NCBI RefSeq assembly: GCF_006345805.1
Contig: NC_043011.1
Span: 24,378,464 to 24,442,463 of the forward strand
Direction: 5' to 3'
DNA length: 64,000 bases
Origin: Octopus sinensis
Lineage: Eukaryota
Shown here: positions 26,131-38,639 of the stretch, one piece after another
How the letters are laid out: each line of letters starts with the position of its first letter
Position numbering within the stretch: the stretch's first letter is position 1
The notes under the pieces: generated by a model
The model's input: only the letters and a program-made list of their open reading frames with translations
Database searches by the model: none
Told to the model about the DNA's origin: nothing
Made by a program: the position numbers and the translations under genes

Positions 26131-26922
26131 TTATTTCTTGTTGCTTCCATTGACACAAGAGTGGCTGTGTGGTAAGAAATTTGCTTCTCAATTACATGGG
26201 TCCATGTTCAGTTCCACTGTGCAGCACCTTGGGTAGAGAAATTTAGAAATGATTAGTAAGTATACTATACAGGAAACTGGTGAACAGCATACTGGTGCAT
26301 AACATACATTTAATATGTGCAGTCGATAATATATATACGAAAGAAGGTTTGAAAATGCAATTTTAAAGATGTTTATTCACTTGACTGGTTTCACTTTTTT
26401 AGAAAAAGATTGTCAAAAGTAAAATGTAAAGCTTTGTATAAGCTTTGTTGTGTTGAGTACTGGTTGTCACAAAAGTATTAAAATACATATATACATTCTT
26501 TGATTATAATAAGAAAATGTTAAAAATAGTTTACAAGAAAGTATTTAGGAAAATATTCAACAAAAAGAATTAGGAGTTCAATGAAAATCATGTTTGTTTG
26601 GTAGTATATATATAATATATATATATACATATACAGAAGGAGATATATTTAAGAGTTTACAAACAATTTGAGAGGAACCAACCTGTCTTTCTGGCATTTT
26701 TGTTTTTGTATTAAAATACATGAACATCATGGACAGGTGAGACAACTGGGCCCTAATCCCATTCAGGAATGATATTTTGCCATATATAACAAAAATATAT
26801 AGAAAGAAAATCACCAAATTCAGTTCAGTGCTTTATTGATTTCTGCCTGAATTTTTTAATCCCATTTTTGTTTTGTTATACATACATACATACATGCATA
26901 CATGCATACATACATACATACA

Positions 26923-26957
<35 letters not shown>

Positions 26958-27002
26958 TATCTCTTATTATAATATATATATATATATATCTACACACACA
27001 CA

Positions 27003-27214
27003 ATGGGGTGCTGAAAAGTTCCTTGTTTTAAGAGTATTGTGAAAGGCCTTGTTGGAGGACCAACTTTCCAAGTTCTTTTACAGGGCTTAGAAAAGCTGAA
27101 AGACCACTGCAATAAGTGTGTGAATCTAAGAGAGGAATATGTTGGGTAAAATCATAATTAACTGACCCTCTTGCATTTTCTTTTGCTCAAAAGAACTTTT
27201 GAGCATCCCCTTGT
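27003..27214 (+). mobile_element. Mariner-derived MITE
   Basis: TIRs GGGGTGCTGAAAAGTTCC / GAACTTTTGAGCATCCCCTTGTA; an opposite-orientation copy lies at about 54330-54540. Confidence 0.7.
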
Positions 27215-27221
27215 ATATATG

Positions 27222-27543
27222 TTCTCTTGTGGAAGTGCCATCCAACCAAAATGCAAATATATGGGAAACTACCACCTGTGTCATCTCTTGTGAAAGGTAG
27301 GAGGGTCCAGTTTGCTGGACATTGTTGTAGAGCTGAAAAAGAAGTAATTTCTACTCTTCTCCTCTGGAAGCCATCTACTCGCAATACCAGAGGGCGCACA
27401 CTCTCCTACCCTGATGTAATCTCCAGGGATATAGGCATCCAGCAACAGGACCTCCGTAATGCCATGATGGACCGTGAAGTCTGGCGTAGCATGGTAAATT
27501 CCATTGTCTCGACCACGGTCGAACAATGATGATGATGATGATG
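27222..27543 (+). mobile_element. RTE-clade LINE 3' end with (GAT)n tail
   Basis: ORF 27227-27529 ...GRRVQFAGHCCRAEKEVISTLLLWKP...DREVWRSMV..., followed by (GAT)n. Confidence 0.85.
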
Positions 27544-27639
27544 TATATATGTTTATATAATTGGCCATTTGTCCATAAGTTTGAAAAATAGCGCATTCTA
27601 AGAATATTTTAGTAAAGAGATTATGTGCCTCCAGCCAAC

Positions 27640-27700
27640 AGGTCTGATGAGTTGCCTATATTGCTAAAGGCAATAATAGATGTGAAACCAATGGTAACTT
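27640..27700 (+). ncRNA. Hammerhead-like motif with 9-nt insert before GAAA
   Basis: AGGT-CTGATGA-GTTGCCT/AGGCAAT (7 bp)-AATAGATGT-GAAA-CCAATGG-TA-ACTT. Confidence 0.5.
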
Positions 27701-28590
27701 TCTGATAGCCCATAACCAACGACTACATATGTGTGTGTGTATTTGTGTTTGTTCTACTAACACTTGGTAAACAATGTTGGTTTGCTTATATCCCATTAAC
27801 TTAGCGGTTTGCCAAAATATCAAGAGAATAAGTACCAGACCATACTTAAAACTGAATGCTGGGGTCAATTTGATCAGCTAAATCTTCCAAGACAATGCCC
27901 CAGCATAGCCACTGCACAATAATCGAAACAGTTAAAAGATAAAAGATTCCTGATAAATGCAGCAAAATGGTGATTGATCCAATAGAAATGGTCGCTTGTG
28001 ACCAGCAGTACTATTGATGCACTATAAAATTTAATGCACTATAAAAAATTTTTTTAAATTAATAAAATAATATTGAAAAAATCAGCTAATTGCTATTACA
28101 AAAACAGAATTGAGATGATAAGGGGAAACTTTATGCAGCTGCTCAACCAGTTAAAATGGCTGCCAAATTACTTCCAGCCATACTCTGTCGTCTTAAAAAA
28201 AGTAGCAACTCCATTTGATAATTTCTTCCAAAATATCTTTTAAGTGGCACAGTTGCCAGCACTAGGATTGTGTGTGTTCATAGACATGCTCAATCAGTGT
28301 TGACCTGGCATTAAATAACAATAACAACAACAACAACAGCAAAATAGAGTATTAATTTTGAAGTTCACATAATTGTGAAACATCTATCTTTTATCTTTTG
28401 TCTGTTCCATGTTTCAGTCATTAGACTGTGGCCATGCTGGGGCACCACTGTGAAGAAAGTTTTGTTGAATGAATCAACCACAGTACTTTTTTTTTTTAAA
28501 GACTGATACTTATTTTATCAGTTGCTTTTGCTGAACTGCTAGATTACAGGAATGTAAACACAACACCACCAATTGTCAAGCAGTGATTGG

Positions 28591-28800
28591 GCCATCCAAG
28601 AATTTGGACCCGGAGATCTCCTTTTCCAGTGACTTAGAGGGCCACCTCCCGGTGGTGTTGGGCGTCAACGAAGAGCCCTCGACTACAACAAGACGACCAA
28701 AGTTTTTTTTTTCTTTTCCAAGGTCTGAGGTCTCCTGACCCTAAGCCCTAGACCATTACCTAATCACCCTTACCCGTCTTGTTGCTTAACAACAACAACA
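28591..28800 (+). mobile_element. ~210-bp non-tRNA short retroposon with (AAC)n tail, copy 1
   Basis: TSD AGCAGTGATTGGG at 28579-28591 and 28800-28812; second copy inverted at 31305-31510. Confidence 0.85.
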
Positions 28801-29389
28801 GCAGTGATTGGGGACATCCTCAAACACGAATACATGCATGTACACACGCATGCACAGACATATATTTATACGATGGGCTTCTTTCAGTTTTCATTTAACA
28901 TATCCACTCACAAGACTTTGGTCGACCTGAAGCTATAGTTGAACCATGTGGTTGGGAAGCTTCGTACCACACAGCCACACCTGTGCCTGTAAAGATAAAA
29001 CCCAATAATCCTGAAAATGTCCAAAGCTGTCTTTTGCAAAATGGATCTCTATTGGTTTTATACAATGAGTATTCTAGTCGTTTGATCAACTAAACTACCT
29101 ACCAAGTACTCCTCAGATGCCTATGATCTATAAACAGAGACAGCTTGTTATAATATGTAACAAAGCTGGATCTTTTGAATTACAATTATATTCCTTCTGA
29201 CAGCCTACGAAAGCGTCTGGCTAACCAGTTTTACTCTTTAAGCTTGGAGCAGCCTGAGGCTATAGTAAAAAGACACTTGCCCAAGATACCACACAAGGTC
29301 TCATGATTGATTGTAAAACAAGTTTCTTAATCACCCAGCCATGTCTTAATTAATGACTTGTCAGAAGAAATGATAATATTAAATATTGA

Positions 29390-29580
29390 TAAAAGGCAGC
29401 AAGCTGGCAGAATCATTAGCATGCTGGGCAAAATGCTAAGCAGGTATTTTGTGCATCTTTACATTCTGAGTTCAAATTCCACTGAGGTTGATTTTTGCAT
29501 TTCATCCTTTCAGGGTTGATAAGATAAGTACCAGTTGAACACTGGGGTTGATGTAATCAACTTAACCTCTTCTCCTCACT
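29390..29580 (+). mobile_element. Nin/Deu-domain SINE, decayed
   Basis: GCATTTCATCCTTTCAGGGTTGATAAGATAAGTACCAGTTGAACACTGGGGTTGATGTAATCAACTT matches the Nin/Deu central domain. Confidence 0.7.
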
Positions 29581-29804
29581 TGCTACCCTTGTGCCAATAT
29601 TTTTAATCAATATTAAACATTGACTAATAGAATATTCTCGATGCTGAATATATTTCTAGTCAATTCTATATTGCTTCTTGATTAGAATGTTAACACTAAC
29701 TTATATATTGAATCAAGTGAAATATTTCTTCACATATTGCAATCCATGTGATCATGAAAAAGTGATGTTAAATCAATAAAGATGATGATGTGTTTATAGA
29801 TATT

Positions 29805-29924
<120 letters not shown>

Positions 29925-30079
29925 TACATACACACAAACATATATAATTTAATTTTTACTTTTTCCTTCTCCATTTTTCATTTTCTGTTTTTTAACCTTC
30001 TACATTTTCTATTTGCTTCCTTCTCAGCTTCTGGTATTTCTTTTCTTATTCAATTTTTAGTTCATTATGGTATGTGATT

Positions 30080-30136
30080 TGTGCCTGATGAACATTTTTG
30101 AGGTATTTTTCAACATATGAAACTATTAGTAGCACA
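30080..30136 (+). ncRNA. Type I hammerhead motif
   Basis: TGTGC-CTGATGA-(27-nt weak stem II)-GAAA-CTATTAG-TA-GCACA; perfect 5-bp stem I; lies between (TA)n tracts. Confidence 0.7.
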
Positions 30137-30989
30137 TAATAACATGTATTATATCTATTAAATGATAAATATATATATATATATATAAACATACATACTA
30201 TGTAGGTAGCTAGGGTAAATCCCAGCTGTTTCCTGTTGAAGCACATCTGCTTATTCTGTTATTACAATCCAATATGTAGTCTCAGTCGTTGTTGCGTGTT
30301 CAAAATGCATACAAAAAATTGAGAATTATGGAAATATTTGCAGTTAAACAGGAAAATAATACCCCAAAATTTCCAATTTCCTGTTCTGTTTTATACATAC
30401 ATACATACATGCATGCATGCATGTATGTGTGTATGTATATATATGAATACATACATACATACATACATACACACACCACAGGTGATTTTCGGTTTCCCCC
30501 AGTGGAATTTACTAACAAGTCTTTGGTTACCCAGGGGCTACAGTATACGACACTTGAGACTGAACCTGGAACAATGTAGTCAAGAACCAAACTTCTCAAC
30601 TATGCAGCCTGGTCTGCACTCATTATATAAATACAATGGGCATGTCCCTTGTCCTAATGTTGCAACAGTTGATATGGCTCTGAATGTTAGCAGCAGACCT
30701 GTCTAATTTATGCTTAAATATTGAAAAATTGATATATTGTTACAGAATGAAAAAAAAAAAAAAAAAGAAAAGAATAAAAAATCAATTTTGATAAATTTCG
30801 CTATTTTTATATCCAGTTTTATAGTTTTTACGGTTTGGGGTTGGATGGTTGTACAAGCATAAATAGTGTGGTTATGGAAATATGGAAGTTTGGATGTCTT
30901 TATGAATATTTGAAATATGTGAATTGCAATCTTGCTGTGAGGATCTGGGTGCTGCTTTGCAGGTAGATTTTAAGCATGTTGAGTGATAG

Positions 30990-31860
30990 TAGTTGAAAGT
31001 ATAGCAACGACTGTGAGGTGAGAATAACTAAAGGTGATGATGATGATGGTGGTGGTAATAGTGGTGGTGGTGGCACTTGATTTAATAGCATGGTCATAAT
31101 GGTAGTGATGATGGTGGTGGTGGTGGTGGCAATGTTGATAGCGGAACTGGTCATTGTTGTAGCACTAATGATGTTGTTGGTGGTAGTGGTGTTGATCATG
31201 ATGGTGGTGTTGGTAGCAGTGGTAGTGTTGGTAACAGTGTTGGTGTTGGTAGTGGAGGTGTTGTTGGTTGTGGTGTTGTTGTTGTTGGTGGTAGTGGTAT
31301 GTTGTTGTTGTTGTTAAGCAACAAGACAGATAAGGGTGATTAGGTGATGGTCTAGGGCTTAGGGGCGGGAGACCCCAGACCTTGGAAAAAAACAAAAACT
31401 TTGGTCGTCTTGTTGTAGTCAAGGGCTCTTTGTTGATGCCCAACACCACTGGGAGGTGGCCCTCGAAGTCGCTGGAAATGGAGATCTCAAGGTCCAAATT
31501 CTTGAACAGCGTAGTGGTATGTTGGTGGTGGTGGTGGTGATGTCAGTAGTAGTAGCAGTAATGTATGATGTTGTTGTTGTTGTTGTTGGTTGTGGTGGTG
31601 ATAGTGGTGATTGTAGTTGCAGTGGTGTTGGTTGTTGTAGTGTTGATTGCAGTGGTGTGGAAGGTATGATGGCTGCAGTGGTGATAGTGATGGTAGTAGT
31701 GGTTGTGTAGTTGGTGGTGATGGTGGTGGACAGTAGTGGTTGTGGTGGTTTTAGTGGTTATGGTGGTGGTTGTTGTGATGCTGGTTGTTATGGTGATTGA
31801 AGTTGTAGTGGGAGTTGTGGTGAAAGTAGTTATGATGGTAGCGGTGGTGGTGGTGGTGCC
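30990..31860. repeat. Degenerate trinucleotide low-complexity tract (GGT/GTA/GTT/GAT)
   Basis: Directly visible; generates poly-Val/poly-Thr pseudo-ORFs. Confidence 0.9.
31305..31510 (-). mobile_element. ~210-bp non-tRNA short retroposon with (AAC)n tail, copy 2
   Basis: TSD GTAGTGGTATGTTG at 31291-31304 and 31511-31524; colinear with 28591-28800. Confidence 0.85.
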
Positions 31861-31936
31861 CAAGATGCCACGCAGTGGGACTGAACCCGGAACCATGTGG
31901 TTAGTTAGCAAGCTACTTACCACACAGCCACTCCTG

Positions 31937-31967
<31 letters not shown>

Positions 31968-32192
31968 TTATATCCTTTCTTTGTCAGAGTTGTCAGTGTT
32001 GCTCCTGATTATTATAAACACTTCATCCAAACATAAAATCTGTATTATTTAATTTCTCTGTCTGAAGAATTTGTATCCATTGAAGTTCCTTACATGTCTA
32101 TCTATCATGTAAAACTTTGTAATTCCTATTAGCAAATGAAACACATGTAATGGTGAATATATAATACCAAAAGATTTCCAATATCCTATATA

Positions 32193-32561
32193 TCTCTCTA
32201 TATATAAACGGCAGTTTGTCTGTGTGTGTGTCTGTGTGTCTGTCAGATTGTACCCTCACCCTGACCATGGCTTTCAACCGATTCTGATGAAACTTGACAC
32301 ACACATAGCCCAATGTCATAATTCAAAACTAACGCAGCGAAAATTTTGAAAAGTTCCCCCAGTTCTGAAAAAAATTGATAAATTCGACATGGGGTCGAGA
32401 ATCAGAAACACAAACCACAGACTGTCTAGGGGACGCAACTCGACCTTTTTAACTCTCATAATTTTTTTTCCATTTTTTTCTATTTTTTGGCTATAACTCT
32501 CTAAAAATGCTTTATAGTTATTTCCCTTACAAACCCAAGCAACGCCGGGCGATACTGCTAG
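32193..32561 (+). mobile_element. Non-autonomous Helitron
   Basis: 5' TC after A, (GTCT/GT) microsatellite, 3' hairpin CCCAAGCAACGCCGGG, terminal CTAG followed by T. Confidence 0.8.
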
Positions 32562-34595
32562 TATATATATATATCAAAAAGTCTTTTCTGTGCCATAGGG
32601 TCATAGGGCCAATTTCCTGGATTCTGTGGTGTATGAACTTCCACCAAGATAGGACACCAGTCATGCATTGTCTCGTAGCTTCAAGATTTCAATGGTGTGT
32701 TTGTATATTTTTAGAATGACATTGTAGGGTAAGTGTGAGAGGTTGGATCTGATCAGTTTTAACTTAAAATAGGTAAAATATTCAGGCCAGATATGACCAG
32801 ATTAGATGCTAAAGGGTTAAGCTTCAAAAATTATTAGAAAGTTGTAACAAAATCTTTCATGGAAAACACATCTAAGACTAACACAAATTTATTGAACTTT
32901 AGCCCTCATCTCATAAATGGCAAGGCAATATAGAGTACAATTTGCTGGGAACTACTTTAAATAAAAAATTAACTGTAACATCATCATTTGACATTTGGTG
33001 ACCTCAGCTGGCCTCATATTTGACCTTTGGTAATCTCAGCTAGCTGGTTGGAAAAGTTGCAAGCTCTTTTATCCAGATACCATCACTAAAGATCTGTGAT
33101 ATGAAATACAAGTCTTTGGTGAGGTGTATTAATGCAGAATTATGAGCTCTGAAGAAGAATTATGAGGCCTGTAATAGCAAAGGTCACAAAATGATGATGA
33201 TGATGATGATGATAATGGTAATTGATGTGGTTGTAGTAGTTGTGGGGCTGTAGTACTGGTGGTAATGGAAATGTTGGTAAAGACAATAATGACAAAGAAA
33301 TAGTGAAAAGTATGATGACAATGTTTTCTCAATTTAGGGGAATATATTCAAATGAATCCATCAATTGGATGTGTTGGTACATATTATATTGACTCTGAAG
33401 GCTGAAAATTAAAACTGATTTCAGTCAAATTTCAACTCAGAAACAGAATAAATGTTAATATATTCTTTAGGAATATATAGTGATATTGTAGCATTTCTGC
33501 AAGGCAAGACCCAAATAATGATGATAATAATGATTATAAGGATAATGGCTCTCTACTAAAACAATATTCATTGTATGATAATGGATACCGTTTTGCTTCA
33601 TCAAATTAATTTGCTAAATGACTGCAACATTTTGAGGAAAGAAAATGAGGTTGTATGACAATTATACCACTCAGAAAAACATTGATGGTTTAAGTGAAAC
33701 AAAACAGGCTAGAATGAATTTGGTTAATTCTGTTCATCCGGAGATGCTTATAAAGCTTTTGTCTTCTGTGAAAAGCAAAACTACTGCCAGCCTGTTGTTC
33801 TGTTTAATTCTCTGTTAACTCAAAAGTATAAGTTTTAGATTTAGTTACACTGTATCATCAGAATGGAAGATGATGCATACAGGCTTTACTAACTTACTTA
33901 AACTGTTCATCTCCTATGGAGTCCATCACTCACCTTTCTCTACTGTTCTCGACACTGAGTGGCATTTTCTGCTTCTCTCCTCTTCCAGGCCTTGTTGGGT
34001 TTGGATTATCATTGATGCTCTTGTAACTATGTTTTTTGTCCCCTTTTTCTAGTCAGGATTACTGACTCTATACAAAACTATTTCCCCTCTAGAAAGAGGT
34101 AATATTAGTCTGGCCCCTATCCTTTGACTTGTCTGACATGGGAAGCCCTACCAAGACTTTGCTAGCATAGCTCTCAAGGTTCATTGAGGCACATACACCA
34201 CTACATCACTACAAGGACTGAACCTTGTGGTAGTAGAGAGGACTTAGCAACTTTCACTTTTTAGACTTAGACTTTGGTAAATACAAAACTAAAGAAATCA
34301 GCACTATGAAAACTGCATAATTTGTTAAAACACAACAAAACAACTAGGAATAATAGAGCTTGTTTTGTTTGAAAATGCCTATCCTGAAAGTGTTAAAGAG
34401 TCAAATATACTTATATGAAAGACAATGCTTCATCTAGTTTGAAGCTGATTGAAAGTGAATTCTGTTTTTTCAGAGAAGCCTGCAAAATAAAATAAAATAT
34501 ACTAAATGAATTAAATAAAATTGATGATACTGGCTTTATTTTTTTTTTGTGTTTTGTGTGTATGTATGTATGTATGTATGTATGTATGTACATAC

Positions 34596-34696
<101 letters not shown>

Positions 34697-35622
34697 TATA
34701 TATATATATATATATGCTTTAGCATGAAATATATTATTTATCATACAACAAGCTGCCTAATAGAATTATAAACACTCTTTCATTTAAGGAAATCAAAGAG
34801 AGACTTTTGTAACATTTTTAGTAGTTTCCAAGACATTATGTTCTGACAATGGGTTACAACTATTGATTTTTTTTCCCCTTTTTCTTTAACACAAAAGCTA
34901 TATTTGCAGAGAAAGAGTGTAATTAGTTGATTGAACTCAAACAGTATTTTGCTGGTATGTATTTTACTGAAACTAAGGGCTTTCAAATCCAAAGGCTTGA
35001 AAGACTAAATGGCTCCTGGTGAGGTTTGAACTTGGAATTGAAAAAGACAAGACTAAATTCTGCACCATTTGTGACTCTGGTTAAGAAGCTTGTTTCACAA
35101 CCATCTGGTCTTGGGTTCAGTTCCAATATGTGACACCTTGAGAAAATGTTTTCTACTATAGCCCCAGACAGATCAAAACCTTATGAGTAGGTTTGGTAGA
35201 TGGAAACTGAAAGAAGCCTTTTGTATATATGTGGGATGGGATGGGTGTGGCTTGTTTATGTTACTGTAACAGCTATTTGACTGAAGAAACAGATGGGATG
35301 AATACCAGACTTGTAAAAACAATAAATACTGGGGTAGCTTTATTTGACTAAACCCTTTGAGATAGTTCTTCAGCATGACCGCAGGTCAATGATTGAAACA
35401 AGTAAAAGAAAACAAGATGGTGTTGATATATTTAGTGCATAAAACATTGGAAAGCTTCTTCGAAATAAGTATGTGAAGACCACAACAATATCAGTTAGTG
35501 GTTAACAAGACAAGCTCAGACAAGATTCTGCCTTATTCTAATCTCATCTACAAAGCTTAGTTTTTACTGTACTTGTTGAAGAAGGGAAGAAAGAATCACT
35601 ATTATTATTATTATTATTATTA

Positions 35623-36050
35623 TGAGGGTCGACTGAAATGCTCATAGGCGATAAAATGAAGTTCATTTTTTAACATAGTTCCTCTTACTATCCACACACT
35701 TCCATCAGTAGTGGCAGTGCTTGGATTGCAATGGTAAAAAAGCTATCCTGTTGGTCAAAATAGTCATCAACTTCAGATAAGATGTCATCATCACATTGAT
35801 ACTCATGCCCAACCGAGTGTTTTTCCATATTGGGAAACAGATGATAATCAGATGAACCCAAATCACTAACATAGGAAGTGTGATCAAACAGTTCAAAGCC
35901 GGTAACACACATCAGCCATTGAAAGCAAGGACTTGTATGCTGAAGCATTGTCCTAATGAAACAAGACTACATTCATCAGTTTTTCTGGGTGCTTGGTCTT
36001 GATAGCCTTTCATAACTACCTTAGCAAGTTTGCATTGAACTTTCCATTGA
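35623..36050 (-). mobile_element. Mariner transposon 3' remnant
   Basis: HTSYVSDLGSSDYHLFPNMEKH...DDDILSEVDDYFDQQD (YSPDLAPSD region) and a TA-TGAGGG terminal repeat. Confidence 0.85.
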
Positions 36051-36258
36051 TAATGTAATCATTTTGAAGATAGTCAATAAATACATTATTTTTTGCATTA
36101 GCGTATCATATATGTAATAATATGAAGTATATTTTGTATATTAAAATGCTTAATTTCAAAAATATATCAAGCAAAGCAAACAAACATTAAAAATACAAAA
36201 TGCAAGTATTTCAAAATGTGGGACAATACATGACGAAAACTAACAAAAAAGAAAGAAT

Positions 36259-36603
36259 ATCATCATCATCATCATTGTTCGACCATGGTCGAGACAATGG
36301 AATTTACTATGCTACGCCAGACTTCACGGTCCATCATAGCATTACGGAGGTCCTGTTGCTGGATGCCTGTATCCCTGGAGATTACATCAGGGTAGGAGAG
36401 TGTGCGCCCTCTGGTATTGTGAGTAGATGTCTTCCAGAGGAGAAGAGTAGAAATTGCCTCGTTTTCAGCTCTACAACAATGTCCAGCAAACTGGACTCTC
36501 CTACCTTTCACAAGAGATAACATAGGTGGTAGTTTCCCATATATTTGCATTTTGGTTGGATGACGCTTCCATGAGAGATTTTGAGCTCTCATAAGGAGGC
36601 AAG
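36259..36603 (-). mobile_element. RTE-clade LINE 3' end with (GAT)n tail (same family as 27222)
   Basis: LLMRAQNLSWKRHPTKMQIYGKLPP...GRRVQFAGHC...DREVWRSIV. Confidence 0.85.
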
Positions 36604-38639
36604 AGAAAGAATATAGTGGTGCTTGTGTTCCAAAGGTATGAATAACTCTGTTAATAAAAATACATTGATTCCTCGCGCAGCTTGTACATGGTGATGTGTG
36701 GAAGATAAACATAAAAAAATATTTCTAGTGGCAACTCTTTCCTCTCTGGCTATCTCAAAAGAAATTCCTTATTTATAGCCATCTGTTGGCTCAAAACAGA
36801 CCACACATTTGCTGGTCTGACAAGCGATATCGTTGAATGACTTAGAACATCCAATCAGCACAGCCTAGTATGGTCATGTGACCACTTGTAGAAAACAAGC
36901 AAAATACTCCAATTGGCAGCTAAGTTTAGACAGCCAAATAATAATCATAGCATTCGCTACACCTTCATATAACACAGAAGAATCAAATAATCTTCACCTC
37001 TACAGTCATCAACCACAGAGCATCAAGTAGTGCATACAAGAAATGGTACATGACAAACATCTCACAAACATTGACACATAATGAGTTAGAAGGTACTATG
37101 CACCCCAGAGGGATCATCAACAACTTTGGCAGTCTCTTGCACTCTCATACAAACAGAATGGTTTGAGACTTTCTCTTGCCACAGAGTATGTTTTATTTTG
37201 TATGAGACACCAGAGGGCACAGCTTTTGAGGGTACATCTCCTTCTTATATCTTAAGATAACCTTGCGATATAAGGGGGAGCGTGCAACTCCTCCTTATAA
37301 TTGAAGACAACCACGCAAGGCTATCTTAAATGGTGGATCAAACAGTCTGAGTTTCTTTCTTTTTTTTCTTCTTTTGTGGTATTCATCATATCAGTGACAA
37401 TGAAGTATCACTACAGCCCCAGTAAATATATGGACATTAGCAGCCACTTCTCTGTGCACCAACATGTGATCACATCCTTTGTTGAAGTGCTGTGTAATCA
37501 AATATTTGAATACTTTCTTGATTACAAATCAGTGAATACCTCTTATAACCACATGCAGTGAACCTTTGTGGACAATGAAAGATCTCCATTTCTGGAGCTT
37601 CAAGTATATGGAAGAAGTAGAATAAGCAGGAACAGTTTTGATCCTCTTGGATAATAATAAAAACAATAGGATCAAGAGTACAAAAGGCCGAAATAGGGTT
37701 CTTCCGAATAGGCTTTGGAGATGCATTACGCTATTGTGTGCATAGCCTGGACGTCAGATAGGTGTTTCAGGTAGAGCCTCTTCTTCTATGAATTGGGAGA
37801 TCACAGCTCCTATCCTATAGAAATGTGGTGAGAATGTCTCAGAAAAGAATCAATGGACAGGTTTTACAGGCAAAAACAACAAACAGGTAACCCAGGGGCA
37901 GACCATGAGCAAGGTGTTTGGATAGTATCCATGTGCTCAGTTGATCTCGTTTGGATTTCCAACAGGTTCAATTGGAGACAGTTGCTTCTGAAGGGACCAG
38001 ATAGAAGACGGCTTGAGTACGTTCAAATGACTAGCCTTCGGCACCATAATACTGTTAGACTTTCAAGGCCGGAGAAAGTTAAAAATGTCAGCTCATTCTC
38101 ATTAATCTGTAAGTGCTGAGAGAAGAAAACAAAAGACTCTAAATATAAATTTTAAAGTACTGATTTTTCTGAGACAAAAAATTCTTCAATGCTGTGCCCC
38201 AGCATGGCCGCATTCCAATGACTGAATTTTAGAAAATAAAAAAAATCCCCGAAGAAGCTGTTATTTCTAGCATGTGGAGAGACCTAGGCTTAACTTCATA
38301 CGTTGGTTGAATATTATTAAAAAAAATTCTGGCGTCGATACGTTCGACTAAAAATTCTTCAAGGTGGAGCCCCAGCATGGCCACAGTCTAATGACTGAAA
38401 CAAGTAAAAGGGGAAAACAAAAACAAAATAAACGAAAAATATAACTGTTGATAGATAGGCACGTATGCACACACACACGCACGCACGCACAAATGTGTAT
38501 ACACACACAAACACATTAATGTAAATGCATACATTACATATGTAAATATTTGTTTGTGTACGTATGTGTGCTATCGTGTGAGTGCGCGTGTAGCGTCTAT
38601 GTGTGAAATTCATTTAAGAGATTTCTATGTTTCTTCATA

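Noticed and set aside
31090-31953. Poly-Val / poly-Thr ORFs (mucin- or membrane-protein-like)
   Set aside because: They are explained by the trinucleotide tract and interrupted by retroposon and SINE sequence.
37853-38119. 88-aa ORF and an LRR-looking minus-strand peptide (INENELTFLTFSGLESLTVLW)
   Set aside because: A stop follows shortly, there is no donor site, and no coherent domain continues; likely decayed sequence.
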